Virus record (IMG/VR): IMGVR_UViG_3300032288_000426 | Span: 1 to 53,845 of that record | Origin: a virus | Lineage: Duplodnaviria; Caudoviricetes | Length of the DNA: 53,845 nucleotides | Reading direction: 5' to 3' (one strand) | Part shown: one piece after another, positions 1-9,483 of the stretch | Layout of the letters: every line of letters begins with the position of its first letter | How positions within the stretch are numbered: position 1 is the stretch's first letter | Program-made: the position numbers and the translations under genes | The notes under the pieces: model-generated | What the model saw: only the letters and a program-made list of their open reading frames with translations | Told to the model about the DNA's origin: nothing | Database searches by the model: none

Positions 1-1064
1 AGCTGAGCGTTGGAAATTGTGCCAGACAGATCCGTAGTCGGGATGGTAGCCGACGCCGTGATGGGCGACGTACCACTACCGATCAGATAGCCAGTCAACG
101 TAGCCGCGCCCGTGCCGCCACTGGCGACATTTAATGTCCCGCCCAGCGTGATAACGCCAGCAGCCACCACAGGGCCGCCTGTTGTGGTCAGGCCGGTAGT
201 ACCGCCCGACACATCCACTGAAGTCACAGAACCAATGCCAACCGCCGCCCAATAGGTATTGGAGCCATCAGTCGCAAGAACCTTGCCATTTTCACCAGTT
301 TGAAGCGGTAGAAGATTAGTCAACGCACCATTTGCAGTGCTTGCTCCAGTGCCGCCACGCAGAACAGGAAGCTGCCCATTGGTAATTTGGGAGGCATTAA
401 TTGAGATCGCTATTGATCCAGCAGCGGTCAACCGGCCATAGTCATCTACCGTAAAGGTAGAAACTGAGGATGCTGAGCCATAACTGCCACTCGACACACC
501 TGTGGTCGGCAGGCTAATCGTTGGATTTCCAGAGCCATTCCCATTGGCAACATCAATCTGACCAGCCGTGCCAAGGATGCTGACACCGCCTGCGGTAGTG
601 CCATTTTGCACCGCCACAATGCCAGTGCCGCTAATGTTGGCGAACGCAGCGGCCAAACCGCTCAAAGACAGGGTTGGATTGCCTGAGACGCCGCTACCAT
701 TAGTAATCGACAATCCAGCGCCAGAGACCGCTATAGAACGGGCTGTGACGGCGTTTGAGGCCGTCTTGACTATTACACCAGTGCTTGCCGCCTCAAGGCT
801 GCCAGAAGCCCCATTTAGCGTGATTGTGAGTGCTGCCTGAGCACCACCATCTGTCAACCCAATGCCTGTCCCGCTGGACAAGCGCCGACTATTGGGCAAC
901 GAAGATTCCTGATTTAACGTCAAGAAAGTTTGCTGCAAATTCGGGGAGGCCGCCACCTGCCCGGTCGTAGTGCGTACAGTAATCCCACCCTGAACGATAG
1001 GAACAAGCTCCGAGCCATCTAATGGCAAGGCGGCTGGCAGATCGGTTATGGCTACGTTTGGCAT
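1..1064 (-). CDS. Tail/head fibre-like virion protein, truncated at the window edge (not in the ORF track)
   Basis: ATG at 1064 overlaps the upstream TAA (TAATG). Translation MPNVAITDLPAALPLDGSELVPIVQGG...; G/T/S-rich repeats (SGVSGNPTLSL, NGSGNPTISL, GGTGAST, LNVASGGTGAATLTGYLIG). Frame is open to position 1. Confidence 0.75.
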   Translation of the reverse strand, partial: MPNVAITDLPAALPLDGSELVPIVQGGITVRTTTGQVAASPNLQQTFLTLNQESSLPNSRRLSSGTGIGLTDGGAQAALTITLNGASGSLEAASTGVIVKTASNAVTARSIAVSGAGLSITNGSGVSGNPTLSLSGLAAAFANISGTGIVAVQNGTTAGGVSILGTAGQIDVANGNGSGNPTISLPTTGVSSGSYGSASSVSTFTVDDYGRLTAAGSIAISINASQITNGQLPVLRGGTGASTANGALTNLLPLQTGENGKVLATDGSNTYWAAVGIGSVTSVDVSGGTTGLTTTGGPVVAAGVITLGGTLNVASGGTGAATLTGYLIGSGTSPITASATIPTTDLSGTISNAQ

Positions 1065-1420
1065 TATTCTGGCGAAGGTGTGACCTGCAACCCATCAAGA
1101 TTGCCGTCGTTGTTATTGGCCTGCGGATCTAAATTTTGCTGCGCAGAAATCACATAACCGCCATACCCACCCGTGGACAGGCCGTTGGGATTCGTTGCAA
1201 CGCTCACATCAGGCCGGGGAAAACGCAAAGTAATCCTCTCTGTCTTCCTAGCTGGAAGACGATAAGGATCAAACTGATCCTTGCAGCCTTGCTCACACAC
1301 CATCAGACCCGGGAAATTCGGGTCTTTGGATAGCTCGGCATGGGGGCGTTTCATCTTGCAGCGATCACAAACGGCAATCGCTATGTCTGAATATCCCCGA
1401 GTATCAAGGAAGATCGCCAT
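1064..1420 (-). CDS. Conserved phage protein with Cys motifs (CDRC...CEQGC), possibly Zn-binding
   Basis: 118 aa, coupled by TAATG overlaps on both sides within the virion operon. Confidence 0.7.
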   Translation of the reverse strand: MAIFLDTRGYSDIAIAVCDRCKMKRPHAELSKDPNFPGLMVCEQGCKDQFDPYRLPARKTERITLRFPRPDVSVATNPNGLSTGGYGGYVISAQQNLDPQANNNDGNLDGLQVTPSPE

Positions 1421-2493
1421 TATCTTGTGTACACACTAATGTTTGGAGCCAGATAAATCGGCGACTTATCGCGCTCTTCAGATTCAGCCAAATTCAGGTA
1501 TTTCTCTGCCTGCACCTCAAGGTACTGGACGCGCTGCAGGTCAACGCCCGGCAATTCCATCGCCATCTGGTGCGCCAACATGTTCTGCACGGCCAAATAC
1601 CAACGGTCAGGGATCTCAAGCTGCCCATTCAAAGCGCCTACGTCCATCACCTGCCGGGAATACCAGACAACCATCTGCACAAATGGGTCAGACGGTGTCG
1701 GCCAGAGGGTAATCTGCGGGAATGGGATCGTGCGGTTGAACCAGAACTGGTACGGCTGGTTGGCCGTGAAGTTCTTGTTGGGCAGAGAGGTGTAGTCATC
1801 CCGATTCAGACGAGCCATCGGGACTTCACGGCTCATGTTGCCGACGTAGAACTCACGCACCTGCAGTGTATTGCCGCCAGTCTCACGCATACGGTAATAC
1901 TGGATGCTTGCACCCGGATCAATCTGATACCACAGCCACTGGCTATCCACCCAAGTGGTTACGCCGCAGTCATGCAGCAGTGTCCAAGTGGAACCGTCAG
2001 TGGAGACTTCTAAAAGGATGTGAAAAGATCCAGAAACGCCCGGCAAAATACCAATAGAGCCAGAGTAAATAGGGTTGTCAGTGCCATAATTGATCGAAAT
2101 GTTGCCATCAGGGGTTGTCTGAACAGTCTTTGTGTCGATGTTGCTGTCAAAAGCATTAGCCACCTGACCACCAGCAGACGAGGCATACCCACCAAAAGCA
2201 TTGGGCGTAGGCCGGTTCATCGTCCGGTAGTTCACATTCAAAACATCAATCGAACCAGCAGGGAGCTCATAGACGAATTTGGCCGCATTCAGGCCAAAAA
2301 CCTTCTGGTCGATAGCCCAATAGTTGATGCCAATGTTTGAGAGATTGCTCAGCAGGAAGAAAAGAGACTGCTTGGCAGCGTAAATCTGCTCAGAAGTCAG
2401 CTCCTCAGCAAGCTTCCCAGACCGTCTAGCCCCGTGATCGATCAGATCTTGGACTGAAACGACTGTTTGTCCTACGGTTCCAGAATACGCCAT
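1420..2493 (-). CDS. Putative head-tail adaptor/connector with an inserted discoidin (F5/8)-like domain
   Basis: Adaptor-like N-terminal helices (DLIDHGARRSG...AKQSLFFLLSNL), LPNK...QPYQFW, ITLWPTP and C-terminal EIPDRWY. The central insert has NAFD...LEVSTDGSTWT...YYRMR. Confidence 0.6.
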   Translation of the reverse strand: MAYSGTVGQTVVSVQDLIDHGARRSGKLAEELTSEQIYAAKQSLFFLLSNLSNIGINYWAIDQKVFGLNAAKFVYELPAGSIDVLNVNYRTMNRPTPNAFGGYASSAGGQVANAFDSNIDTKTVQTTPDGNISINYGTDNPIYSGSIGILPGVSGSFHILLEVSTDGSTWTLLHDCGVTTWVDSQWLWYQIDPGASIQYYRMRETGGNTLQVREFYVGNMSREVPMARLNRDDYTSLPNKNFTANQPYQFWFNRTIPFPQITLWPTPSDPFVQMVVWYSRQVMDVGALNGQLEIPDRWYLAVQNMLAHQMAMELPGVDLQRVQYLEVQAEKYLNLAESEERDKSPIYLAPNISVYTR

Positions 2494-2502
2494 GACAATC
2501 CT

Positions 2503-2805
2503 TTACCACGAAGACGCTTTTTTTGATTTTTGATGTGTCGAAACTTTTGACTTCGGAACATTTATGCTGCCACCACCTTTTTTGCCCGATGCCTTCCTTC
2601 TGGCTGCTGCGCGTTCTTTAAGACCTTTTATATCGGCGTCAAAATCTTCAAAGCCGGGTGTTGGGGCTTCACGAAAATCCTTCATCGCTTTGTCAGCAAG
2701 CGCCTGACGCTTACTGTATTCATCTGGCGAGACCTCTTCATTATTGTGGAAGTATTTACCGCCAACAATACGGAAGTCATTTATGTTTGGTAGCACATCG
2801 TCCAT
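2503..2805 (-). CDS. Hypothetical virion-associated protein
   Basis: RBS AAGGAG; basic C-terminus with KKGGG. Confidence 0.6.
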   Translation of the reverse strand: MDDVLPNINDFRIVGGKYFHNNEEVSPDEYSKRQALADKAMKDFREAPTPGFEDFDADIKGLKERAAARRKASGKKGGGSINVPKSKVSTHQKSKKASSW

Positions 2806-2815
2806 ATTAATCTCC

Positions 2816-3220
2816 TTACCAGCCCGGACAATTCCAGCGTTTCATTGATGCCCTTGCGCGTGATCCACGCTCACTTTTCTCTGCAACGGCTCCCATTCGG
2901 GCACAGAAAGAGTCTCGACGCTTCCCGCCTTGGGGCTGCGGAGCCTTCAGATTGCTGCCTGTCTCCCGGTTGTATTTCGCTCGACCCTTCGCTGTCAGAC
3001 CCGCGCCCTGATCTGCCGATAACTTCTCCCCCCGACCTACGGAAAGAGAAGGGCCGCCGTCTTTCATCTTCTCTGGCAGCTTCCCGTAAGCCTTTTTTCC
3101 TACATTAGACTGCGTATATTCATCTGCCACATCCTCAGAGATGCCAACTTTCTTGGCAAACTTTGGGTTGTTGGCAACCGCCTTCATCAACCGAAATTGG
3201 GCTTTGGACTTGGCTGGCAT
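2816..3220 (-). CDS. Basic hypothetical protein (RRDSFCARM...RWNC type, two modules joined at MKDGG)
   Basis: 134 aa, in-operon spacing, very Lys/Arg-rich. Confidence 0.7.
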   Translation of the reverse strand: MPAKSKAQFRLMKAVANNPKFAKKVGISEDVADEYTQSNVGKKAYGKLPEKMKDGGPSLSVGRGEKLSADQGAGLTAKGRAKYNRETGSNLKAPQPQGGKRRDSFCARMGAVAEKSERGSRARASMKRWNCPGW

Positions 3221-3805
3221 TTAGGCCACCTGAATCATGCTTGCAATCATCGAAGGGATTGCAGGGTAAGCAGGAGAAACACTGGCAGGCAAATGCTCCA
3301 ACGTTACAAGAACTGAAGTTGGAACCCAAAAGATTTCAATGTAATCATTGGCCGCCAAGTCCAACAAGAATGTTAAAGATGCGACGTTGTAGCCAAAAAT
3401 ACCGGCACTTTTTCTTGCGGGTATTGTGTATTGCGTAGCAGAGTTTGCAATATCCACACCATTTAAACGCAACCACAAAGTGGCATCATGCTGTGTATTG
3501 TCTGTGTTTTTGAACTGGGCACTAAACTGGAAAGAATATTTGCCAGTGCTGGGTACGGTTACCTGTGAATTACTTACCAGAGTTACGCCGTCGGCGACAT
3601 CTATGGTGTTAAATGTAATGACCGTACCAGCAGATATGTTTCCAGTCTGATCTGTGCTATCACTAAAACCGCCATAAGCGGCGTTGAAAGCCCTAATATC
3701 AGCTACGGTAGATTTGACGTTTGCGCCGCTCTGAACTAACGGCACAAGCTCTGTGCCATCCAACGTCGCTGCTGATGGCATTGCGGAAATTTTTTGATCG
3801 GCCAT
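3221..3805 (-). CDS. Virion protein with a C1q/TNF-like beta domain
   Basis: VITFNT...VTVPSTGKYSFQFS...LWLRLNGVDI...LDLAANDYIEIF pattern typical of C1q-like heads. Confidence 0.6.
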   Translation of the reverse strand: MADQKISAMPSAATLDGTELVPLVQSGANVKSTVADIRAFNAAYGGFSDSTDQTGNISAGTVITFNTIDVADGVTLVSNSQVTVPSTGKYSFQFSAQFKNTDNTQHDATLWLRLNGVDIANSATQYTIPARKSAGIFGYNVASLTFLLDLAANDYIEIFWVPTSVLVTLEHLPASVSPAYPAIPSMIASMIQVA

Positions 3806-4044
3806 TACGAAGACTCCAATACGATCTTGTCATCATTCTCCTGAAGTACATACCCCGGAGAGGTCTCATCGGCGATATAAAAAATCGTGGTTGGTGTTGC
3901 GCCATACATATCAACAACACCACTATCGCCAACATCCAAACCAAAATCAGTTCCGCCTACAATGTTTTGTGCGCCAATACCAGACGCAAATCCATCGCTG
4001 GTATTCGCCTGATTGGCTACATTGCTGTAACCGACCTTGCCCAT
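3805..4044 (-). CDS. Hypothetical virion protein
   Basis: 79 aa, stop/start overlaps on both sides. Confidence 0.6.
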   Translation of the reverse strand: MGKVGYSNVANQANTSDGFASGIGAQNIVGGTDFGLDVGDSGVVDMYGATPTTIFYIADETSPGYVLQENDDKIVLESS

Positions 4045-4346
4045 TAAATGCCTGCCTGAATAAGTTTCAGGGTTGCCGTTCCGGTTCCGCTATTTACAAG
4101 CACCTTGATACCAGACACGGGGAAAGCATAGTTGCCGTCAGCATTTGCCGTCTCGCCAGCAACGCTGGGGTGAGAAAACCAAGTGGTAAACCCAGTCGCT
4201 GGGTCATCAAAGGTATGCTGAACTGTGTAATCCACTGTGCCAGTCACAATAACGCCAAAACCCACGTTAAATGGGCTAATGTTGTCATTCATGGCAATCG
4301 CGGCGCTACTTCCAACGCCAGTCTTAGAGACAGTTTGAACTCTCAT
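4044..4346 (-). CDS. Small beta-rich virion protein
   Basis: Likely start MRVQTVSK at 4346 with RBS GAGG; alternating beta-strand pattern. Confidence 0.65.
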   Translation of the reverse strand: MRVQTVSKTGVGSSAAIAMNDNISPFNVGFGVIVTGTVDYTVQHTFDDPATGFTTWFSHPSVAGETANADGNYAFPVSGIKVLVNSGTGTATLKLIQAGI

Positions 4347-4360
4347 ATCAAACCTCAATT

Positions 4361-4386
4361 GAAAGAGGGGGCACGAAGCCCCCACT
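4361..4386 (-). terminator. Probable intrinsic terminator
   Basis: GGGGGC-TTCG-TGCCCCC hairpin followed by TCTTTC just after the stop at 4392. Confidence 0.55.
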
Positions 4387-4391
4387 TGTTT

Positions 4392-5444
4392 TTAACAACT
4401 GCCACCACGCTTCTTGCTAGGGACAACAGTACGAACGACTTCGCGCTCTTTTGTGCTGACAGAGCCCTTGCCGCCTAATGCATCCATGGCTTCACCAAGC
4501 TTACGGGGAATCTTTTTAAGGGTGCTGATCGGGTTTTTTAAAGCCCTCATGAATTGATCACGAGTCTCCCGATTTTCCTTCTCTTCATCCTCATAAAACT
4601 TGTTGTAAGCCATTTCGTTGTCGCTTACACCACCGCCACCATCGTACTTCTTCACCTTGCCGCCCTTTTTATAGGTGCCGGAAAGCTGATTGATACTTAC
4701 AGGTGTTGGGGGACGTTTGTTACCTTGTGGCATTTTGACGGCACGACCATCGTCCTGCACAGCCCCGCCGTCAGCATACTTTTTTGGGGCACCGCCCTTC
4801 TTGTAGCCACCGCCATTACCCTTCTTAACGCCACCAGTAGTTGTACCAGTCACGCCGGGAGGAGTAGTGCTGACATTACCTTCAACGCCACCACCCTTGG
4901 CATACTTAGCTACGCCACCTTTCTTGTAACCACCGCCGTTACCCAACTTCACGCCGCCAGTCTTAGCAGGCGAACGATCAGGGGTTGCTGTGTGCATCTT
5001 GGTCTCAACGTAACCCTCGGCACCTTTTTTAGATGCGCTCACAGGAATTACGCTGCCACCATCTTTGTAGCCACCTTGACCCATGACTACACCACCAGTT
5101 TTCAGACCTTTGTGAGCCTTAGAAGCTGGCATGTCTGCGTGCTTTTTCAAAGCTTCAGGCATACCGCCTTCCTTCATCACAGGGCGTACAGGCATTTTGG
5201 ATGCCATCATAGCCTTGCGACGAGAAGCCATTGAAGGCTTCTTAGGGGATGGGCCTGCGGGCATGGCAGGCATTGAGGACGGCATGGTAGGCGCAGACAT
5301 CGCACCCAGACCACCCATCGCCATTTTCTTGGCTTTAGTGGTCGAACCGCCTTTTTTCATCTTTACCGCACCGCCTTTTGCGAGTTTGAGCTCAACGGTA
5401 GGCTCCGTGGTCATCATTTTGACCATTGGTTTGAATTGGCCCAT
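4392..5444 (-). CDS. Basic low-complexity head protein with many (Y/M/L)xxGG motifs
   Basis: Start MGQFKP at 5444 (RBS GAGG). Motifs LAKGG, MKKGG, MKEGG, LKTGG, YKDGG, YKKGG, YAKGG, YADGG. Confidence 0.7.
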   Translation of the reverse strand: MGQFKPMVKMMTTEPTVELKLAKGGAVKMKKGGSTTKAKKMAMGGLGAMSAPTMPSSMPAMPAGPSPKKPSMASRRKAMMASKMPVRPVMKEGGMPEALKKHADMPASKAHKGLKTGGVVMGQGGYKDGGSVIPVSASKKGAEGYVETKMHTATPDRSPAKTGGVKLGNGGGYKKGGVAKYAKGGGVEGNVSTTPPGVTGTTTGGVKKGNGGGYKKGGAPKKYADGGAVQDDGRAVKMPQGNKRPPTPVSINQLSGTYKKGGKVKKYDGGGGVSDNEMAYNKFYEDEEKENRETRDQFMRALKNPISTLKKIPRKLGEAMDALGGKGSVSTKEREVVRTVVPSKKRGGSC

Positions 5445-5452
5445 AGTTAGCC

Positions 5453-5899
5453 TCAAACTTTCTGAGCGTATACCACTGTGAAGCGGTAGATGCCCTGAGT
5501 GGTGCTGATGGTGCCGTTGGGATCAACCGTCAGGAAGACGCCGGTATTGGAACCAACATCAGCCATTGCAGCCAATTGAGCGGCAGTAAAAGTCAGCGCA
5601 GCGCGACCGCCGCCGATGACATCAGTAGCCGACAGGTACTGAGTACCAGCAGCAGCAGTGCCTACGGTTGCATTGATCGCAGTTGCAGTACCACCACCAA
5701 CCGATTCATTCTGAGTTTGATCGATAAGAATATCGATAATCTGAGAATTAGCCGGGATGGTGACACTGGTGCTAGATGCTGTACCGTCTGCGTTCGTGGT
5801 TACGGTGCTAGTCTGCATCAAAACGACGAAGCCGCCGTCAGTTGAATCAGTCAGCGTGCCAGAACCAGAACGGAGTGTCGAACCAAAATAGGTTTGCAT
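5453..5899 (-). CDS. Putative capsid decoration/minor head protein
   Basis: Directly after the major capsid gene; TIPANSQIIDI beta-sandwich-like; RBS AGGAG. Confidence 0.6.
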   Translation of the reverse strand: MQTYFGSTLRSGSGTLTDSTDGGFVVLMQTSTVTTNADGTASSTSVTIPANSQIIDILIDQTQNESVGGGTATAINATVGTAAAGTQYLSATDVIGGGRAALTFTAAQLAAMADVGSNTGVFLTVDPNGTISTTQGIYRFTVVYAQKV

Positions 5900-5916
5900 T
5901 TCATTTCTCCTGTAAC

Positions 5917-5938
5917 GAGGGAGGCCGAAGCCCCCCTC
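5917..5938 (-). terminator. Hairpin after the major capsid gene (weak terminator or mRNA stabiliser)
   Basis: GAGGGGGGC-TTCG-GCCTCCCTC with a UUCG tetraloop; no clear U-tract. Confidence 0.5.
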
Positions 5939-5944
5939 ACTGGT

Positions 5945-6859
5945 TTAGACGCCCGGTGTGCCGTACATTGCACGCCAGTCAGTGAAGCCAACGTCGTAAC
6001 GCTCAGTGGCCTTGTAGCGCATTGAGTCAGTCTCGAAGTCACCTTCCATGGTCTTCTCCAGCTTACGACGCATCAGAAGCTTCATGCCTTCTGGAGCATC
6101 GGTCTGAACCCACCATGCGGTAGCAGAAGTCAGACGCGACAGAACTGCAGCGCCTTCGTCCAGCAGGCCGATTGACTTGATTGGGTTGATGTCGTTGTTA
6201 GCGTTGCCGCTACGCAGAACCGACTTCAGGAGAACTTCAGCTTGGAAGATGTTGCCGGGTGCGACCACCAGTTGGCGGGGAACCAGACGGATCTTCTTGC
6301 CGTTGTTGTCCACAGCTTGGCGGATCTGAATCAGCATCTGCTCAAGCGAGGTCTGCGACAGGTTGGCTGCTGTTGCCAGCAGGTTGGAAGCGGTACCGTT
6401 AACGATTGGGTGCGAAGCCGAGTTCAGTTGCACACCGTCGCCGCCGGGGTAAGCCGAGTTGAAAGCGCGATTCAGCACGTTGGCCGACAGCGTTTCTTTG
6501 GTCTCAATCAAAGACTGAGCCAAGTGACGGGCATACACCTGACCGATACGGATATGGTCACCGTCTTCAACCAGAACTTTGGTCAGAGCAAATGCCAGAC
6601 CATAGACGGAGTAGACGTAACGCTTGAGGAACAGCACGCCACCCTGCTGATACGATACCGGAGTACCGTCAGGCAGTTGTGGGGCTGCGCCAAAGCCGTA
6701 CAGCACTGGCTCTTCATGGTAGTTACGGGGGATGCCCTCTTGCTCACGGAATACGCGAGACCATTCATCTGTACGCTGATCGTAGACACCGTCGAAGCAC
6801 TCATTCAGGATAGGTTCGACAATGCTACGAAAGTCGGTACTTCTCATTGGAGCTGCCAT
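5945..6859 (-). CDS. Major capsid protein (HK97 fold, Mu gpT-like)
   Basis: 304 aa; YGLAFALTKVLVEDG, GGDGVQLNSASHP, PRQLVVAP, EGDFETDSMRYKATERYDVGFTDWRAMYG; position after scaffold and cement genes. Confidence 0.9.
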   Translation of the reverse strand: MAAPMRSTDFRSIVEPILNECFDGVYDQRTDEWSRVFREQEGIPRNYHEEPVLYGFGAAPQLPDGTPVSYQQGGVLFLKRYVYSVYGLAFALTKVLVEDGDHIRIGQVYARHLAQSLIETKETLSANVLNRAFNSAYPGGDGVQLNSASHPIVNGTASNLLATAANLSQTSLEQMLIQIRQAVDNNGKKIRLVPRQLVVAPGNIFQAEVLLKSVLRSGNANNDINPIKSIGLLDEGAAVLSRLTSATAWWVQTDAPEGMKLLMRRKLEKTMEGDFETDSMRYKATERYDVGFTDWRAMYGTPGV

Positions 6860-6875
6860 GGTTCACTCCTCCTTA

Positions 6876-7451
6876 TTAGATGGCGGTGCCAGCAGCAGGA
6901 GCAAACTGGTACTCACTGATGTTGGCGCGGACGATCACATACGAATCGCCCCAAGCGTTATCGGTATACGGAGCAATGTCAATAATGCGCATTTGCGCAC
7001 TGTTGCCAGCACCAACGAGGGTTGTGGATATAGTTGCCTGAGAAAGACCAGTAACGTTCGATCCAGCGGTTGTGTTTGAAAGGTCGGCTTCATCACCAAT
7101 CGAAGCTTGAGTCAGTGTGCCGTCCGACTGAATTTCATACACGATGTTTTGATCAGCGTAGAAGTACGCAATGCACGAACCAGTCTGGTATGCAGTGCTT
7201 GCAGGCCAGTAGTTCGATACACGGCGACGGCCAGTGGTATCAGTCCATTCCACACCAGCAAATGCGCCAACGAAGGCATCACCGGCTGCTGCAGGTTGAA
7301 TGGTGCCACCAGTGACATACTTCACAGGTTGACCCTTGAGAATATCGCTTCCATATGCAGAAACGATGCCGCCAGCCAGAGCTTGAGCGCGATCCAGACC
7401 CGAAGGATGAAACGCAGGGCGCAGGCCGAACGGAGCATTAGTGCTAGACAT
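6876..7451 (-). CDS. Capsid cement/decoration protein
   Basis: NAPFGLRP N-terminus, GAFAGVEWTD; directly upstream of the capsid gene. Confidence 0.65.
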   Translation of the reverse strand: MSSTNAPFGLRPAFHPSGLDRAQALAGGIVSAYGSDILKGQPVKYVTGGTIQPAAAGDAFVGAFAGVEWTDTTGRRRVSNYWPASTAYQTGSCIAYFYADQNIVYEIQSDGTLTQASIGDEADLSNTTAGSNVTGLSQATISTTLVGAGNSAQMRIIDIAPYTDNAWGDSYVIVRANISEYQFAPAAGTAI

Positions 7452-7480
7452 AATTAACTCCTATCAGTTTAACAATTGCC

Positions 7481-8020
7481 TTAACCAGTAAATGTTGGCG
7501 CAGGCAGTGGTTTGTCCAGTTGCTCAATGCCCTCACCCTCGACTTGCCCGAGCCTCTTGCCCGAACTATCGCGGCCTTGGATGTTCTCTGCTTGCATTCG
7601 GATCTTGTTGGCCTCCTCAAGAGGAGCCTCGTGATGGAAGTGCGCCATGATGTCTTGGTACATATCCATCGGGATCTTGAACAGCAGCATCTCATTACAC
7701 GCGATATAACCAGTATGTTCGCCAGCCTTTACACGGTAATTCTCAAACCCTTTTACGTCCTGTTCCATAACAGGGACATAACCGAGACGGATCCGCTTAT
7801 CGATGCTGTCGTAACTATTGGTTGTCGATAGCCAGCAAACATGCCAGCCGGGAATAACGGGAGCATTTGGCAATGCGCTTTGTGTCCATTCATCTTTCCA
7901 CATCTTTCGACGTTCATCAGAAGACACAAATGTTTCCTCCGGTGCCTCACGAACCGAGTCGTGACTAGCGCGAGATTCGCGCCCACCTGCAGAGAGAGAT
8001 TTTTTCAGACGAGAATCCAT
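7481..8020 (-). CDS. Conserved head-module protein
   Basis: Likely start MDSRLKK at 8020 (RBS AAGGAAGGA); LPNAPVIPGWHVCWLS...RLGYVPV...EMLLFKIP. Confidence 0.7.
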   Translation of the reverse strand: MDSRLKKSLSAGGRESRASHDSVREAPEETFVSSDERRKMWKDEWTQSALPNAPVIPGWHVCWLSTTNSYDSIDKRIRLGYVPVMEQDVKGFENYRVKAGEHTGYIACNEMLLFKIPMDMYQDIMAHFHHEAPLEEANKIRMQAENIQGRDSSGKRLGQVEGEGIEQLDKPLPAPTFTG

Positions 8021-8022
8021 GA

Positions 8023-9036
8023 TTAGTTCCTTCCTTGACGGTTGCGGGCTTCCATTGCGTAGCGTTTGATCATGCGATTTCTGGACTCTATGTTGTCCCA
8101 CATGCCAGCTTCTTTGATAGCGTCCACCTGTGCCTTCGACAAGGTGAATGTGTTCCTGCCTCCGCTATTACTCGATGCTATCTCACGCCCACTGCTAGTT
8201 ACCGCGCTCCGAGGACGGCGCTGTGCCGGTTTCTCGCTGCTGTGACCATTGTAGCGGCTCGGTAGCCTTTCTGACAAGCGATTGTCAAGCTCTTCCCAAT
8301 AATCTGGCGTAGCCGGATCCCAGCCCTCTTCAGCCAAGGATTGATCAATGGTAAGAGCGATCTTTGAATCAATATCACCACCCTGTGGGTCGTACCAAGG
8401 ATGGTCTGCCAGCCACTGGGAAGCGTACCGCTGGACACGGGGATCCTGCCGAATCGTCGTTTGGCGCTCAGGCTGAACCATGCGCTGTTTGTACGACTCC
8501 AAATCCTCTGCCTTGCGGCGTGCCTCAAACCACATCTCCTGAGCCGATGTCAGCAAAGAGCCGTCACCGTTGGAGGTGGCCTCAGCAATCTTGCGCTTGG
8601 CAAACTCAATCCGGGTGTATTGATCTTCAATCGCCTTGTCCAACCGGGCTAATTCGCTACCGGCTGTTTTCTTTTCAACAACAGAAAGGCGTTCCAAGAG
8701 TTCTTGGTTTTGACGTTGCAGGTTTTGCAACCGAACGTCTTTTTCATTGGCCTGCTGGCGGTGGTATTCCTTGCGGGCTTTACGCTTTGCCCGCTTGGCA
8801 GCACGGATGCGCTCCTGCTCCGGGTCTACCTCACCATTGGCCTCGATTTCAGCCGCCTGAGCAGCCTCATCGTCCTCATCTGAGCCATGATCATCTTCAG
8901 CGGCGGCAGCACCACCCTGTTTCAGCTCCGGCTCATCCCCTTCCATTCCTTCGGGCAACGTTACGGTCGCAGAACCGTCTTGCCCCTCGTTAACCAGCAG
9001 ATCCTGCGTCTGCTTGTCTGTTGTGTCAGTAGCCAT
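8023..9036 (-). CDS. Putative capsid scaffolding protein
   Basis: Acidic N-terminus, long coiled coil, C-terminal helix (TLSKAQVDAIKEAGMW); upstream of the capsid genes. Confidence 0.65.
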   Translation of the reverse strand: MATDTTDKQTQDLLVNEGQDGSATVTLPEGMEGDEPELKQGGAAAAEDDHGSDEDDEAAQAAEIEANGEVDPEQERIRAAKRAKRKARKEYHRQQANEKDVRLQNLQRQNQELLERLSVVEKKTAGSELARLDKAIEDQYTRIEFAKRKIAEATSNGDGSLLTSAQEMWFEARRKAEDLESYKQRMVQPERQTTIRQDPRVQRYASQWLADHPWYDPQGGDIDSKIALTIDQSLAEEGWDPATPDYWEELDNRLSERLPSRYNGHSSEKPAQRRPRSAVTSSGREIASSNSGGRNTFTLSKAQVDAIKEAGMWDNIESRNRMIKRYAMEARNRQGRN

Positions 9037-9045
9037 GTCTACCCC

Positions 9046-9483
9046 TTAAATAAAAGCCCGCATTTCCAGCGGATCACCAGTGACTCGTGCAATGAGTTCA
9101 TGGTCGTTCAAGATCATGAATAGCGCCGGGTCTTCCAGATCATCGTCTCCGGGAACTTTGACTTCCCAACGATCACCACCCCACTTTGGGACACGGATGT
9201 AGTCACCTACCTGCGCCCATGCACCTTCAGGCCACGGCTCCATCGTGTCGCGCTTTTTGAACGCCAAAGGGCCAATCATCAGCACCTTGGCTACCATGTT
9301 GTTCCACTTCTCGGTCTCTTTGGTTTCTTCAACCAAGATAATCCCGGCACTGGTTGCTTTCTTCTTGGTACGACGCAGTTGCACCAAAATCCTTGCTCCA
9401 AGAGGTTCCGCACCGGGGTTAACGCTCGGGAATGCCCAAGCTAATTCAGCTTCGCTAGAAGCTACCGGCTCATTCATGTTCAT
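9046..9483 (-). CDS. groES: Phage co-chaperonin GroES (Cpn10)
   Basis: EPLGARILVQ, mobile loop TSAGIILVEETKE, VLMIGP, QVGDYI, ILNDHELIARV. Confidence 0.85.
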   Translation of the reverse strand: MNMNEPVASSEAELAWAFPSVNPGAEPLGARILVQLRRTKKKATSAGIILVEETKETEKWNNMVAKVLMIGPLAFKKRDTMEPWPEGAWAQVGDYIRVPKWGGDRWEVKVPGDDDLEDPALFMILNDHELIARVTGDPLEMRAFI

